IMG/VR virus record: IMGVR_UViG_3300027708_000013
Strand: one strand, 5' to 3'
Origin: a virus
Taxonomy: Duplodnaviria > Caudoviricetes
DNA length: 64,000 nt
In this document: piece after piece, positions 55,262 to 64,000 of the stretch
Layout of the letters: each line of letters starts with the position of its first letter
Numbering within the stretch: position 1 is the first letter of the stretch
The notes under the pieces: generated by a model
Told to the model about the DNA's origin: nothing
The model's database searches: none
What the model saw: the letters and a program-made list of their open reading frames with translations, nothing else
Made by a program: the position numbers and the translations under genes

Positions 55262-55898
55262 TGTATTGACCCTCGAGTATCTTATAATATTTAACACTTT
55301 GTTTTTTTAATTTACTTACTATAGAATGATGTGTACCGAATGCATCACAGTAATTAGTATACATAACAGTGGAGTCTAATGCAAGACTTTTTCCTGATCT
55401 TAACACATGGGCTTGTTCGGCTGCTATGGTAAATGCGTAGGCATCAACTTCGTCTCCGTGTCCGAGATACTCTTGTAGATCCCGGGCATCACTGTCTTGA
55501 CAGGTACTGCGAAAACTTTTACCAGGACGAAAATCTCTGTCGCGGTGTTGATGCAGGTGTACATACTCGTGTCCCAGTACCGAGGCCACATCAAAGCACA
55601 ATTGATTCCATCGAGTGCGAGTCAAGGACCCGCCCATGACAAAATGTTTTTTCTTTTTAAAATAGGCCAACTCAATTTCTATCGGACGGTATCCCCATTG
55701 GTCATCGCCGTAGTCGTACAAGCCCGACACTGTGATGGAATTCAAGGCACAGTTGATGGTTAGGTTTGTTAAAAAAACAACGTCCCGGTAAGGGACGTTT
55801 CGTTCGATCAATCGTGTTATGGCCGCTGGAGTGAACTCGCGGCCTTTGTTTGTATCATACAGTGCTTCCAGTCGATCCAACAGTTGAAAATAGTTCAT
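55224..55898 (-). CDS. hypothetical zincin-like protein
   Basis: LGHEYVH (HExxH) and EVDAYA. Confidence 0.55.
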   Translation of the reverse strand: MNYFQLLDRLEALYDTNKGREFTPAAITRLIERNVPYRDVVFLTNLTINCALNSITVSGLYDYGDDQWGYRPIEIELAYFKKKKHFVMGGSLTRTRWNQLCFDVASVLGHEYVHLHQHRDRDFRPGKSFRSTCQDSDARDLQEYLGHGDEVDAYAFTIAAEQAHVLRSGKSLALDSTVMYTNYCDAFGTHHSIVSKLKKQSVKYYKILEGQYNEQNSTAGRQSR

Positions 55899-56578
55899 TA
55901 GTGTCTATCAGTGTAAAATGTGTGTCCACCAATTCTAGCAATCCATGTCATGGTGTTGCTCCATACCGGTCTTAACCCATTGCTGTGAAAGTACAGTGCA
56001 TTGTTATATTTAAGTCTATAATCTTCGTAACCGTTATTTAACAACTCTCGGGCCACACGGCGGCTTTCTTCCCAGGCTGGATTTGTTGCACGTGGTACTC
56101 GTACAAATGCACACACCCACGAAAACTGGCACACCGGTACATGGTTGATCACTGTGTGAGTTTTTGTAATCGATTCAGGTCTGCCAAACCATCCCACATG
56201 TACTATTTCTGTTTCTTTAATCACTGTGCTGCGAACTGTTACTGTGCGTTGTTTTACCACTGCACAGATTGTTTTACCAAATCTGCCATCGTGTACACGA
56301 TTGATAGTAACTATGCCCACTGCCACTTTGCCTTCTTCACTTTCAGCGCCGGCTTCAAAATAAATGTTTCTAGTTAAACATTCTTCATCTTGTGCGGTTA
56401 TTGGAAATGTGACCCAGGGCTGGGTCAATGTGCGGACTAGAGATTCAATTTGATCGCGTCCTTGATTGATGAAACTGCTTGCCACTGTTATTTCTTTTGC
56501 TTCTATTTCTTCTGCATGACCGAGTGCCATTACGGTCAGGGCTAATACTGCAACGATGATATTTGCTATCGTTCTCAT
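55898..56578 (-). CDS. SleB-like cell wall hydrolase (Hydrolase_2)
   Basis: CLTRNIYFEA, AVGIVTINRV, CQFSW, ALYFH, IGGHTFY; signal peptide. Confidence 0.9.
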   Translation of the reverse strand: MRTIANIIVAVLALTVMALGHAEEIEAKEITVASSFINQGRDQIESLVRTLTQPWVTFPITAQDEECLTRNIYFEAGAESEEGKVAVGIVTINRVHDGRFGKTICAVVKQRTVTVRSTVIKETEIVHVGWFGRPESITKTHTVINHVPVCQFSWVCAFVRVPRATNPAWEESRRVARELLNNGYEDYRLKYNNALYFHSNGLRPVWSNTMTWIARIGGHTFYTDRH

Positions 56579-56718
56579 AAAGTCCTCCTTTGGTTGTCGC
56601 CTTTTAAAGGGCGTATGTTTATATAACTTTTTAAAATCAGAGTAATAGACTACTATAACTGATTATAACAGTATATTATACGTGGTTTTTTGGGTTCGAG
56701 CAAGGTAATATGGAGATA

Positions 56719-58632
56719 TTACGCCAACGAATCACCTATGGCACGGCGGGCATCTGCCAGGGCCTGTTGTGCAGACGTCAAGTTGGTGACAGCAGTTTGA
56801 ATGGCTGTGGCATCGCCCCGCTGTGTGGCTTGGTCCACTGCGGCCTGTGCTGATGCTGTTGCGGCCTGCAAAACAGGTAGCTGGCTGGTGTTGGCATCTG
56901 CCAGGGCCTGTGTGGCATTGGCTTGACTTGCCACTGGTTTACCAACCTTGGAACTTCTGGCAATGTTACGACCTTCCATCAAGCTGGCCTGTATGGCGTC
57001 ACCAGTGAGACTGGCAGTGGCTGTGCCGGCCAATAGTTTATTGTAGCCCACTTGTAAGGTGTCAACTCCCATTGAGCCTAGACTGGTACCAAAACTTAAA
57101 AATGGCATTACACTGTTGCCAAGATTGACTACTGATGTTGACAGTGTCTTACCGGCCAATGACAAGTTGCTGACTTCAGTTGACAGTTTACTCAAGGCTC
57201 CTGCTGTGGCTTGGTTACCCACATCATATGCCGACTGTAAGGCTGTGTTTACCAAGGCCTGACTGTTGAGTGAGGCTATGGCAGTGTCAAGGTTGGCCCG
57301 GGCTGTGGCCACTGCTGGATCAGTACCAGGACTGCCACTGGCGGCAATGGCTGCATTTAACAACACAGTTTTGGCCTGTACATCTTGCCCATAGGAACTG
57401 TTTTGCACTGCAGCCACACTGGCGTTGATATTTTTAAATGCATCCGTGTGTGTGATGCCGGCCACAGATCCAATCATGTCGCCCAGGGTGGGATTGCCAA
57501 ATGGTCCCGAACCCGTGCCCAAGAATGGGGCCAGGGCTGTGTTGACGCTGGTGGGAATCAATGCTGTAAGACTTTCAAGATACTGTAGACTTTTGGTTTC
57601 AATACCGGCAATGAAATCGCCCATTTTAAAATTGTCGGCCTGTACTCCAAGATTAATCAACGTGTTGCCCAATTGTCCCAGTCCGGCAATACCAGCATTG
57701 GCTATGCCCATGGCGGCCAAGGCCTGTGGTGGTAGGAATTTTTCTACTTGCAACAGCTGGCTTAAATTTTGCACCGACTGTACCAGTTTTACTCCTGTGG
57801 CTTCTTGTATTTTTTTAAGATCGTCGCCTTGCACCAGAGCCAACGATGCTGTCAACACAGATTCAGGAACGGAAGTTAAATCCATGGGATCATATCCCTG
57901 TGCTGAAATTGCGTCATTGATGCCGTAACGATCTGCCAGTCCTTTCTCCTGCAGGCTGGCCACTAGACTACGACTGCTGGCTATTTTACCTAGATTTTTA
58001 AAATCAAACAAGGTGCCAAAATTTTGCAGGCCACTGCCCACACTTTTAAGACCGTCACCAACAAAACTACTAGCAGCCGCAGATGGATTCACAGCGGCCA
58101 ATGCAGTGGCTGGACTGATTGTACCCAAAGTGCTGTTTTTGGCCGCTGCGGCCACTCCTGAGATTCCAGTTTGCAGTGAAGGCATAATGGCTCCAACTCC
58201 GCTGGTCAACATGCCAGTGTAATTGTTGATGCCAATGCCAAGGTCTCCAAAACTTTTACCGCTGAACTCTTGCAGTGCCGCTGAATATTCGGCTGCGGCC
58301 GATCCAAACACACTGGCACTGCCAAATGTGTCAAGGAAATTTTTGTTGCCCATGAGTGTTCCGGCGCCGGGCAGTATACCTTGTGCCTGTGTCAGCACAC
58401 TGGCGCCGGTGGTGCTGGAGTTGCCCAGGAACGAGGGAAGACTGGCCAGTGTGGCACTGAGTCCCGGAACAGTATTGGCCCCTGAAGTGTAAGGAGTCAA
58501 TGCTGAAAATCCTGAAATCATGGGATTACTGTTTAATCCAGAGATAGCCGAGGTCATGTCTGTATTGATACCAAAACCATCTCCCGACATGATGCCGGTT
58601 ACTGCAATTAAATTTGTTGGGGTCAGTGCCAT
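56719..58632 (-). CDS. probable virion protein, Ala/Gly/Ser-rich
   Basis: 637 aa; late-like TAAATA box upstream; next to the PAAR-like gene. Confidence 0.55.
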   Translation of the reverse strand: MALTPTNLIAVTGIMSGDGFGINTDMTSAISGLNSNPMISGFSALTPYTSGANTVPGLSATLASLPSFLGNSSTTGASVLTQAQGILPGAGTLMGNKNFLDTFGSASVFGSAAAEYSAALQEFSGKSFGDLGIGINNYTGMLTSGVGAIMPSLQTGISGVAAAAKNSTLGTISPATALAAVNPSAAASSFVGDGLKSVGSGLQNFGTLFDFKNLGKIASSRSLVASLQEKGLADRYGINDAISAQGYDPMDLTSVPESVLTASLALVQGDDLKKIQEATGVKLVQSVQNLSQLLQVEKFLPPQALAAMGIANAGIAGLGQLGNTLINLGVQADNFKMGDFIAGIETKSLQYLESLTALIPTSVNTALAPFLGTGSGPFGNPTLGDMIGSVAGITHTDAFKNINASVAAVQNSSYGQDVQAKTVLLNAAIAASGSPGTDPAVATARANLDTAIASLNSQALVNTALQSAYDVGNQATAGALSKLSTEVSNLSLAGKTLSTSVVNLGNSVMPFLSFGTSLGSMGVDTLQVGYNKLLAGTATASLTGDAIQASLMEGRNIARSSKVGKPVASQANATQALADANTSQLPVLQAATASAQAAVDQATQRGDATAIQTAVTNLTSAQQALADARRAIGDSLA

Positions 58633-58684
58633 AGAAATATACCTTTATGTGTATATTTAATCTTTTTGATTAACTGCTGTTATT

Positions 58685-58942
58685 TTAATTGATAGTGACA
58701 CCACTGCTAGACATCACAGTGATGGTGGTGTTTTTATCTGTTTTACTGCCTTTGAGAGCAACGGGTTTACCGTTGATGGTTACCCCTTCGCTGAGCTCGC
58801 TTTGTATGATTTTGCCATCTTCCAGCCGACTGCCCTTGAGTGCAACGGGTTTACCGTTGATGGTCACGCCAGCACTGACTTGATCAACGATGGCTTTGTT
58901 TTTGTCATCCTTGTCGTCTTTGAGTGCTGGTTGTTTACTCAT
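58685..58942 (-). CDS. PAAR-like spike-tip protein
   Basis: GVTINGKPVALKGS twice plus a terminal GVTIN. Confidence 0.6.
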   Translation of the reverse strand: MSKQPALKDDKDDKNKAIVDQVSAGVTINGKPVALKGSRLEDGKIIQSELSEGVTINGKPVALKGSKTDKNTTITVMSSSGVTIN

Positions 58943-59265
58943 TAGATTACGATCCCACCACGTGTGACTGGTTCAATCCCGGTTGTGGCTTTGATGTAGT
59001 GATTTTCCATTTGATCCACTGTGGGAGCCAGTATCATAACGTGCTGACGGCTTATTTCTATGTTAGACTCCGGGTCAATGCTGAACATAGACGCCATGTG
59101 CATGGGCACCAACATGACACCTTGCTGACTGGGCACCACTACGCAAGGTTTACTTACTACATAAACACTGTCGGTGATTTCCCTAATTCGAGCAACTACT
59201 TCCTCGCCATTGGTCAACTTGAGACTTGCAATATCAATAGAGATAGTATTTCTTGAAATTAACAT
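58942..59265 (-). CDS. Sm-like phage hypothetical protein
   Basis: LKLTNGEEVVA...SKPC...Y..ATTGI pattern. Confidence 0.65.
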   Translation of the reverse strand: MLISRNTISIDIASLKLTNGEEVVARIREITDSVYVVSKPCVVVPSQQGVMLVPMHMASMFSIDPESNIEISRQHVMILAPTVDQMENHYIKATTGIEPVTRGGIVI

Positions 59266-59266
59266 G

Positions 59267-59512
59267 TTATCCTTTTAATGATTGAAAAAATTCTGGTGAT
59301 TGCGATTGTAGTCCCTGTAATCCACCGGGTATCAGTAATTGTCCATCCTGGTAAATTTGTGGAACACTTCTGTGTCCTTCGCTCAGCATGAATTCTCTGG
59401 CCGCAGGTTCCTCGTCACACTTGACTTCGGTATAGGTGATGTTGTGTGCATCCAATAATTGTTTTGCTTGCTGACACTGTGGACAGTGGTTTTTTGAGTA
59501 AATTGTTATCAT
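59267..59512 (-). CDS. glutaredoxin (NrdC/NrdH-like)
   Basis: CPQC and RSVPQIY; next to nrdAB. Confidence 0.9.
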   Translation of the reverse strand: MITIYSKNHCPQCQQAKQLLDAHNITYTEVKCDEEPAAREFMLSEGHRSVPQIYQDGQLLIPGGLQGLQSQSPEFFQSLKG

Positions 59513-59519
59513 AGTTTTC

Positions 59520-60278
59520 CTATTGGTTTAGTAAATTTTTATTTTTTATATGTGCCAGTAACATATCGGCCCACACCGCATGAGTATCAAATCCCGGATG
59601 GAATCCATCACCTTCTAGATCATTTCGGGCACAGGCCAGTTCGTAAATACCATCTTGACGACTGTTGGTAAATACCCACGAATCAAAGTCAATTTGATCC
59701 ACTAGATATTTTAAATCTGTAAATTGTCCAATTCCAAAATCCAATTGTGCCACTTGTTTTTCTTGGGTCCAGTAGTTTACATAACTACTCATGATGTAAG
59801 GTATATTCTTTTGTTTTAAATAATTTTGTAAACTAAGAATAGATAGCAACGTATCTTGAGCCATGCTACGTTCGTTGCTGTACTTGTACAAAGGATCAAA
59901 TATTTCTCTAGTGGCTGGATGATGTTGCCAACTGCCGTTGACGCCTCCACTGAGTATATAACTGGTTTGATGTCCGGACCAACGTATGAATCCATAACCA
60001 TCCAATGCCGACATAACAGTTTGATCTTCGTGATCCACCGACACATCCTTGCGGGTCAACCCCGACCACATGATGATGGCCAACGACGGTGACGTCCGCA
60101 TGTAACTGTCTAAAATTAATTTGTTGCCAATGTAACCATTACCGGCACCGGGCATGCCGTTGTTTTGTAACTTTACTTCTTGCCCAAAGTCGTCCTGCAT
60201 ACTGTTGGCCAACAGGTGTGGCCAACCACGCTGTTGAGCATAGGTAAAACTGCAACCCACTGTGTATAAATTTATCAT
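59520..60278 (-). CDS. SGNH-like hypothetical protein
   Basis: VGCSFT, GAGN, IMWSG, DGFHP; TTGACT-18-TATAAT-5-ATG promoter. Confidence 0.6.
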   Translation of the reverse strand: MINLYTVGCSFTYAQQRGWPHLLANSMQDDFGQEVKLQNNGMPGAGNGYIGNKLILDSYMRTSPSLAIIMWSGLTRKDVSVDHEDQTVMSALDGYGFIRWSGHQTSYILSGGVNGSWQHHPATREIFDPLYKYSNERSMAQDTLLSILSLQNYLKQKNIPYIMSSYVNYWTQEKQVAQLDFGIGQFTDLKYLVDQIDFDSWVFTNSRQDGIYELACARNDLEGDGFHPGFDTHAVWADMLLAHIKNKNLLNQ

Positions 60279-60284
60279 AGTGTA

Positions 60285-61385
60285 TTATAAATTAGGCAAT
60301 TCTGCATAGTCAATAGAATCGGACATGATGCCGATTACATAGTTTGTTGATTCAGACTCCTGCAGTGCTGTTTGTTTTTTACTGGTGTCTGTGTGCTTGT
60401 TAAACCATGGAATTGGAGTCGATTTGGGTGCGACCTGCTGGTATTTGATGCCGATATCCTTCAATGCTGCCGCAGCAGTGTAATCCACAAAATCCTTAAG
60501 TATATTGGCATTGAGTCCAATCACAGGACCCTTTTTAAACAGATATTCGGCCCAGGCCTTTTCTTCACGTATCACATCGGCATACATGGCATATACTTCT
60601 GCTTCACAGGCGGCCTTGGCTTCTGCAAAACGAGAGTCTTCTTTTGTCACTTGATTGATTAAATAGGCTGTCCAGCCCTTGTGCAACAGTTCGTCCTGTA
60701 GTATCAAGCTGATGATGTTGCCATTGCCAATAAAGATTTTATTTTCCACCATGGCCAAACTGGTGGCAAATGAAACCATAAAGCGTAGGGCTTCCAGTGC
60801 GTAACTGGCATTCAGTGCCAACCAAACGGCACGAATGTGTTGTTGTTCATCCACTGCTGTTCCAGATTCTTTTAGGCAATTTAGTTTATGCAGTTCATCG
60901 TAGTAGTTGCCAACGGTTGCGGCCATGTCAATGATTTCTTCAGTGTCGTGTATGGTATTAAACACATCCTTGGGTACATTGTAGATGTTGCGTATGATGT
61001 GACTGTAACTTTTTGAATGAATATTGGTTTCAAAAAATCCCCAGTTGTACATCAAGGCTTCAACTTCAGGTAGGCTACACACCGGAGTAAACACCTGTGT
61101 TGGGCCGCGACCCTGTAGGCTGTCTAGTGCTGTCTGTCTCAACAAGTTGCTGGTAAAAATATGCTTGACTGCATCACTGGCATCTTTAAAGTCATTGCTA
61201 TCTTTAGTTAGGCTAATTTCTTCTGGTTGCCAAAAGAATCCTCTGGCAGTGGCTTCAAAGTCAGCAATCTTAGGATAGCGTACTTCTTCAAATCTCTGTA
61301 TGGTCACAGGACCAGCTGGGTCAAGAAACATCTTGCGACTGGTGTAGTTGGTTGGTGTTCGTAAATTGTATTGTTCTTTGCTCAT
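60285..61385 (-). CDS. nrdB: class Ia ribonucleotide reductase beta subunit
   Basis: FWQPEEISL, ETNIHSKSY (radical Tyr), EALRFMVSF, DELLH. Confidence 0.95.
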   Translation of the reverse strand: MSKEQYNLRTPTNYTSRKMFLDPAGPVTIQRFEEVRYPKIADFEATARGFFWQPEEISLTKDSNDFKDASDAVKHIFTSNLLRQTALDSLQGRGPTQVFTPVCSLPEVEALMYNWGFFETNIHSKSYSHIIRNIYNVPKDVFNTIHDTEEIIDMAATVGNYYDELHKLNCLKESGTAVDEQQHIRAVWLALNASYALEALRFMVSFATSLAMVENKIFIGNGNIISLILQDELLHKGWTAYLINQVTKEDSRFAEAKAACEAEVYAMYADVIREEKAWAEYLFKKGPVIGLNANILKDFVDYTAAAALKDIGIKYQQVAPKSTPIPWFNKHTDTSKKQTALQESESTNYVIGIMSDSIDYAELPNL

Positions 61386-61630
61386 TGTATTCTCTTGTTA
61401 ATAAGTTTAATCCCGCCGTATGTAACTAGAACGAGTGTTAGTACCTTTGCAATCAATTGCCATTCTACGTTATTATCGGCTTCTATGTCGATTTTTGCAA
61501 TCGGAGTATCTACGTTTACCTTTAATTCTATGGGAGCAGGTCGTGCGGCTTTTTCTTGACCGTATAAAAACATTACTGTTGCCACGCCAATCATTAAACT
61601 GATCCAAATTGATATTATTAATTTTTTCAT
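61382..61630 (-). CDS. small two-TM membrane protein between nrdA and nrdB
   Basis: ATGA overlaps at both ends; two hydrophobic segments. Confidence 0.6.
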   Translation of the reverse strand: MKKLIISIWISLMIGVATVMFLYGQEKAARPAPIELKVNVDTPIAKIDIEADNNVEWQLIAKVLTLVLVTYGGIKLINKRIQ

Positions 61631-63948
61631 AATTTACAGGCCTCGCAGGATTCTTCACCATCAAAGTCAATCGGTTCTAGCATTGGGGGTGTTTCTTCTG
61701 CTTCTGCTTTACTACCTGCTTTATTCACGAGGCTATAATAAAAAGTTTTTAGGCCCCAGGCGTGTGCCTGCATGAGATTTTTGGCAATCAGTGTGGTTGG
61801 TACTTTACGATCTGCAAAATGTGCAGGATTATAAAAAGTATTTGTACTGATACTTTGATCCACATAGGCTGCAATCACTGCCGCTGTTTTTAAATAACCA
61901 TCACAGTCTTTCTGTTCCCACATGAGCTGATACCGGTTCTTTAACTTGTGATATTCAGGGACTACTTGTACGAACGATCCTGCTTTGCTTTCCTTGACTG
62001 AGATTAAACTCATGGGCATTTCAATACCGTTGGTACTATTGATTACAACACTGCTTGATTCTACAGGTGCCACTGCCATTAGGGTGGCATTACGCACACC
62101 CCACTGGCGCATGTTGGTTCTCAGTGTTTCCCAATCCAGTTCAGGGGCAAAGTCTGCCAGGTCATTTACACCTCGGGCTCTTAATTCCCACGGAAATACA
62201 CCTTGACCATAACGAGTGTGTTCACTGTGCAGGCAAGCACCACGTTCTCTAGCCAGTTCCACAGTGGCTTCTGTTAGATAAAATGCTTGGTGTTCCATCC
62301 ATGTTTTAACATCTTGTAGGGCATCCTGCTCGCCGTATCGGTAACTGCGTTTGGCATGCCAGTAAGCCAAGTTGGTGACGCCAATGCCCAAGGGCGATAT
62401 TTCGTCATTGCTGAGTCGGCTTTGTATACTTAAAAAGTCTTGATAGTCAAGTATGTTGCATAGGCTACGTTGTAGGATACGACAAGCACGGCGCATGTCT
62501 TCGGGATTACGGAACGCACCCCAGTTGATTGAACCCAGAGTACACAAGGCAATTCTGCCGGTGTCGTCATCTAATCTCTTAAAAGGTTTGGTGGGCAATA
62601 GAATTTCGCAACACAAGTTACTTTGATAGATTGTATGATACTCAGGATCAAATGGACCTTGATTCATGACATTGTCAATGAACACAAGATAGATACGTCC
62701 GGTATCTGTGCGTTCTTTCAGTATGCCTGACTTGAATACTTCTTCGGCACTCATGGTCTTGGTACGCAGGTCTTGACGCTTTTCGTACTTGACATACAGT
62801 TTTTCAAACTGTTCTGTGTTTTTATAAAAAGCTTCGTACAAGTCAGGCACTTCATTGGGATCAAAGAATGTAATGTCTTCTTTGTTTTTAAAACGTCTCC
62901 AAAAGAAAGCACTCAACACAACACCATAATCCATGTGTCGGACTCGAGTTTCTTCTGTGCCTTGATTGTTTTTTAATACAATTAAATCATCAAACTGATG
63001 ATGCCATATGGGATAGAACACTGTGGCACTTGCATTGCGAATACCACCTTGACTGCAACTACGCAGGTCGCCAAACCACTTTTTCAAAAAAGGTATCATA
63101 CCTGTGTGCATGATTTCTCCACCACGTATGGGCGAACCCAAGGGACGCAAGCGACCAATTTCCAAACCAATGCCGGCACGTTTACTGGCATACTTGGCCA
63201 TCATTTCGCCCGATGCAAATATGCTGTCAAGATCATCGTCGGCCTTGATCAACACACATGAACTAAATTGTTTTGTAGGAGTACCCAAGCCGGCCAGCAC
63301 TGGAGTGGCTAGAGTAAATAAACCATCACTGGCACAGTTGTAATATTCTTTGATATAACGCATACGTGCCGAGTTGGGTTCTTCTCTATGGAACACTGTG
63401 GCTGCAGCAATCATGTATCTAATCTGCGGAGTTTCGTATGTTTGTCGTGTTGTACGATTTTTAACAAGATACTTCTCAATCAACTGCTCAATAGCCGCAT
63501 AGCTGTACTGTTCATCTCGATCGTGATCCAGCATGTCGTTCATTCTATTCCAGTCGTCTTCGGTGTACCATTCCAGCAGTTCACTGGTGTATAAACCTGT
63601 GGCAACATTTGTTTTTACAATTTCATATAAATGAGGCACTGCATAACTGCCATATACATCTTTACGTAGCATGCTGAGTCGCTGTTTGCCTGCCACGTAT
63701 TGATAGTTGACATGTCCGACATCTGGGTTTGATTCTACATCAATCAGATCCACTATGGCTCGTAATGTAATTCCGTCAATTTCTTGTGTTGTAATGCCAT
63801 CATAAAAGTGCGGTTGACTTTTAATTTCTATCATACTCTGACTGACATCAGCAATGCCAGTGCATATTTTAGTAATTTGTGCTTGCCACTTTTCTACTGC
63901 CAACGGTTCTCGTGCGCCGCTTCTTTTTGTGACTTGAATTTGTGTCAT
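61627..63948 (-). CDS. nrdA: class Ia ribonucleotide reductase alpha subunit
   Basis: ATP cone (VTKRSG), FSSCVL, SNLCCEI, ALCTLG, APVESSS, C-terminal CEAC. Confidence 0.97.
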   Translation of the reverse strand: MTQIQVTKRSGAREPLAVEKWQAQITKICTGIADVSQSMIEIKSQPHFYDGITTQEIDGITLRAIVDLIDVESNPDVGHVNYQYVAGKQRLSMLRKDVYGSYAVPHLYEIVKTNVATGLYTSELLEWYTEDDWNRMNDMLDHDRDEQYSYAAIEQLIEKYLVKNRTTRQTYETPQIRYMIAAATVFHREEPNSARMRYIKEYYNCASDGLFTLATPVLAGLGTPTKQFSSCVLIKADDDLDSIFASGEMMAKYASKRAGIGLEIGRLRPLGSPIRGGEIMHTGMIPFLKKWFGDLRSCSQGGIRNASATVFYPIWHHQFDDLIVLKNNQGTEETRVRHMDYGVVLSAFFWRRFKNKEDITFFDPNEVPDLYEAFYKNTEQFEKLYVKYEKRQDLRTKTMSAEEVFKSGILKERTDTGRIYLVFIDNVMNQGPFDPEYHTIYQSNLCCEILLPTKPFKRLDDDTGRIALCTLGSINWGAFRNPEDMRRACRILQRSLCNILDYQDFLSIQSRLSNDEISPLGIGVTNLAYWHAKRSYRYGEQDALQDVKTWMEHQAFYLTEATVELARERGACLHSEHTRYGQGVFPWELRARGVNDLADFAPELDWETLRTNMRQWGVRNATLMAVAPVESSSVVINSTNGIEMPMSLISVKESKAGSFVQVVPEYHKLKNRYQLMWEQKDCDGYLKTAAVIAAYVDQSISTNTFYNPAHFADRKVPTTLIAKNLMQAHAWGLKTFYYSLVNKAGSKAEAEETPPMLEPIDFDGEESCEACKL

Positions 63949-64000
63949 TGAATCCTCTAATATTCTTGTAATTTTAAATCCGTACTGCTGTAAGTTTTAA

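Noticed and set aside
11455-58492. Long antisense ORFs (e.g. 11863..12282, 19539..19862, 22632..23114, 26522..26905, 45234..45719, 57425..57928)
   Set aside because: They lie opposite well-supported genes and lack SD, promoters and recognisable motifs.
60285-63948. Introns or inteins in nrdA/nrdB (and the ligase)
   Set aside because: ORFs are continuous, of normal length, and show no intein or homing-endonuclease motifs.
1-64000. Alternative genetic code (stop reassignment)
   Set aside because: Conserved genes are full-length under code 11; the single in-frame TGA case at 1467 is better explained by insertion.

Overview
This window is a 64-kb segment of a large lytic phage, most likely T4-superfamily-like and infecting a proteobacterium. 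The basis is nrdA/nrdB/glutaredoxin, an ATP-dependent DNA ligase, UvsE, a SleB-like hydrolase, a PAAR-like spike gene, T4-type TATAAATA late-promoter boxes and about 17 sigma70-type promoters, most of a TTGACC-17-TATAAT family. Nearly all genes are on the minus strand. The most notable accessory content is: (1) a circularly permuted, two-piece tmRNA with tag ANASNDEVYALAA; (2) a ~260-nt highly base-paired RNA just upstream of it that I could not assign to a known class; (3) a curli-like amyloid secretion cluster (CsgF, CsgG, two curlin-repeat proteins, FecR-domain protein) near a CHASE2 adenylate/guanylate cyclase; (4) two AT-rich cassettes pairing carboxylate-handling enzymes with an orphan Bug/TctC binding protein; (5) an amidinotransferase/2OG-oxygenase/nucleotide-sugar dehydrogenase/radical-SAM cluster beside a tail-like gene; (6) a 712-aa multidomain protein with [LIV]-x-E at each domain boundary; (7) an array of small paralogs whose C-terminal LRW codons double as the next gene's Shine-Dalgarno; (8) translation and proteostasis genes (bS21, RimK-like, ClpS, Hsp20 with a ROSE-like thermometer). 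All calls come from motifs read by eye. No database search or folding program was run, so family assignments, helices and novelty are unverified.
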